Shown one piece after another: positions 63,385-64,000 of a DNA stretch of 64,000 bases; within the stretch, counting starts at the first letter, position 1; every line of letters starts with the position of its first letter. The position numbers and the translations under genes were made by a program. Source of the DNA: Octopus sinensis (Eukaryota); NCBI RefSeq assembly GCF_006345805.1, contig NC_042998.1:35340001-35404000 (forward strand), in the 5' to 3' direction. The notes below the pieces were generated by a model that was not told the origin of the DNA, searched no databases, and worked only from the letters and a program-made list of their open reading frames with translations.

Positions 63385-63663
63385 GTCTCTTTTTGCCGAA
63401 CCGCTAAGTGACGGGGAGATAAACACACCAGCATCGGTTGTCAAGCAATGCTAAGGGAACAAACACAGACACACAAACACACACACATACATATATATAA
63501 ATGACGGGCTTCTTTCAGTTTCCGTCTACCAAATCCACTCACAAGCCTTTGGTTGGCCCGAGGCTATAGTAGAAGACACTTGCCCAAGGTGCCATGCAGT
63601 GGGACTGAACCCAGAACCGTGTGGCTGGGAAGCAAGCTCCTTACCACACAGCCACTCCTGCGC
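63385..63663 (-). mobile_element. SINE family B (3' tail missing)
   Basis: Head, CORE-like segment, RTE-like segment, microsatellite and partial second module. Confidence 0.85.
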
Positions 63664-64000
63664 CTAGTTACAATATTTTATGAACTGTATAAATATAGCA
63701 AATTTATTCCCGATAAATTTTAACAGCAAAATCTTATGTGGTCCCCCAAAGGTTATATGAGTCCCAGATGAAAACCACTGATTTAATCGATCCAAAGATG
63801 GGCTTGAGTGGAAATTGAACTCAGAATGTATAGGATGTAACAAGAAAGCACAGAGCAATTTGTTTACTGCCATGTGGATTCTGACGAGATATCCTGGAAG
63901 AATTAATTTGGCCTCGGATGTGTGTGTGAGAGAGAGTCAGATAGACAGAGAGACACAGAGAAAGTGTGTATGTGTGTGTGTGTGTATGCGTGCGTGTGTG

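Overview
AT-rich animal genomic DNA, most likely intronic or intergenic sequence from a coleoid cephalopod. The SINE and microsatellite content is Octopus-like; the taxon is inferred from recalled repeat families, not from a search. No host gene could be confidently assembled, and most ORFs in the supplied track are translations of (TA)n, (CA)n, (TACA)n or trinucleotide microsatellites. The window is a mosaic of: three tRNA-headed SINE families (many copies, often multimeric); decayed non-LTR retrotransposons (several R4/Dong-like RLE-type pieces, plus RTE, CR1/L2-group and Tx1/L1 fragments); three mariner elements, one with both ITRs and a near-complete but broken transposase; a probable hAT relic; and many foldback/MITE-like units, mostly next to TA/CA microsatellites. 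The most notable signal is a set of hammerhead-ribozyme motifs. The best formed is at 1560-1609, inside an extended stem and between ~337-bp-spaced direct repeats, which is retrozyme-like. Others are at 48840-48887(-), 690-724(+), 42729-42764(-) and an inverted pair at 20521-20677. Also notable: a LINE/SINE shared 3' stem-loop with compensatory changes, and an 836-bp palindromic element carrying telomeric TTAGGG repeats. Boundaries of degraded elements are approximate (read by eye).
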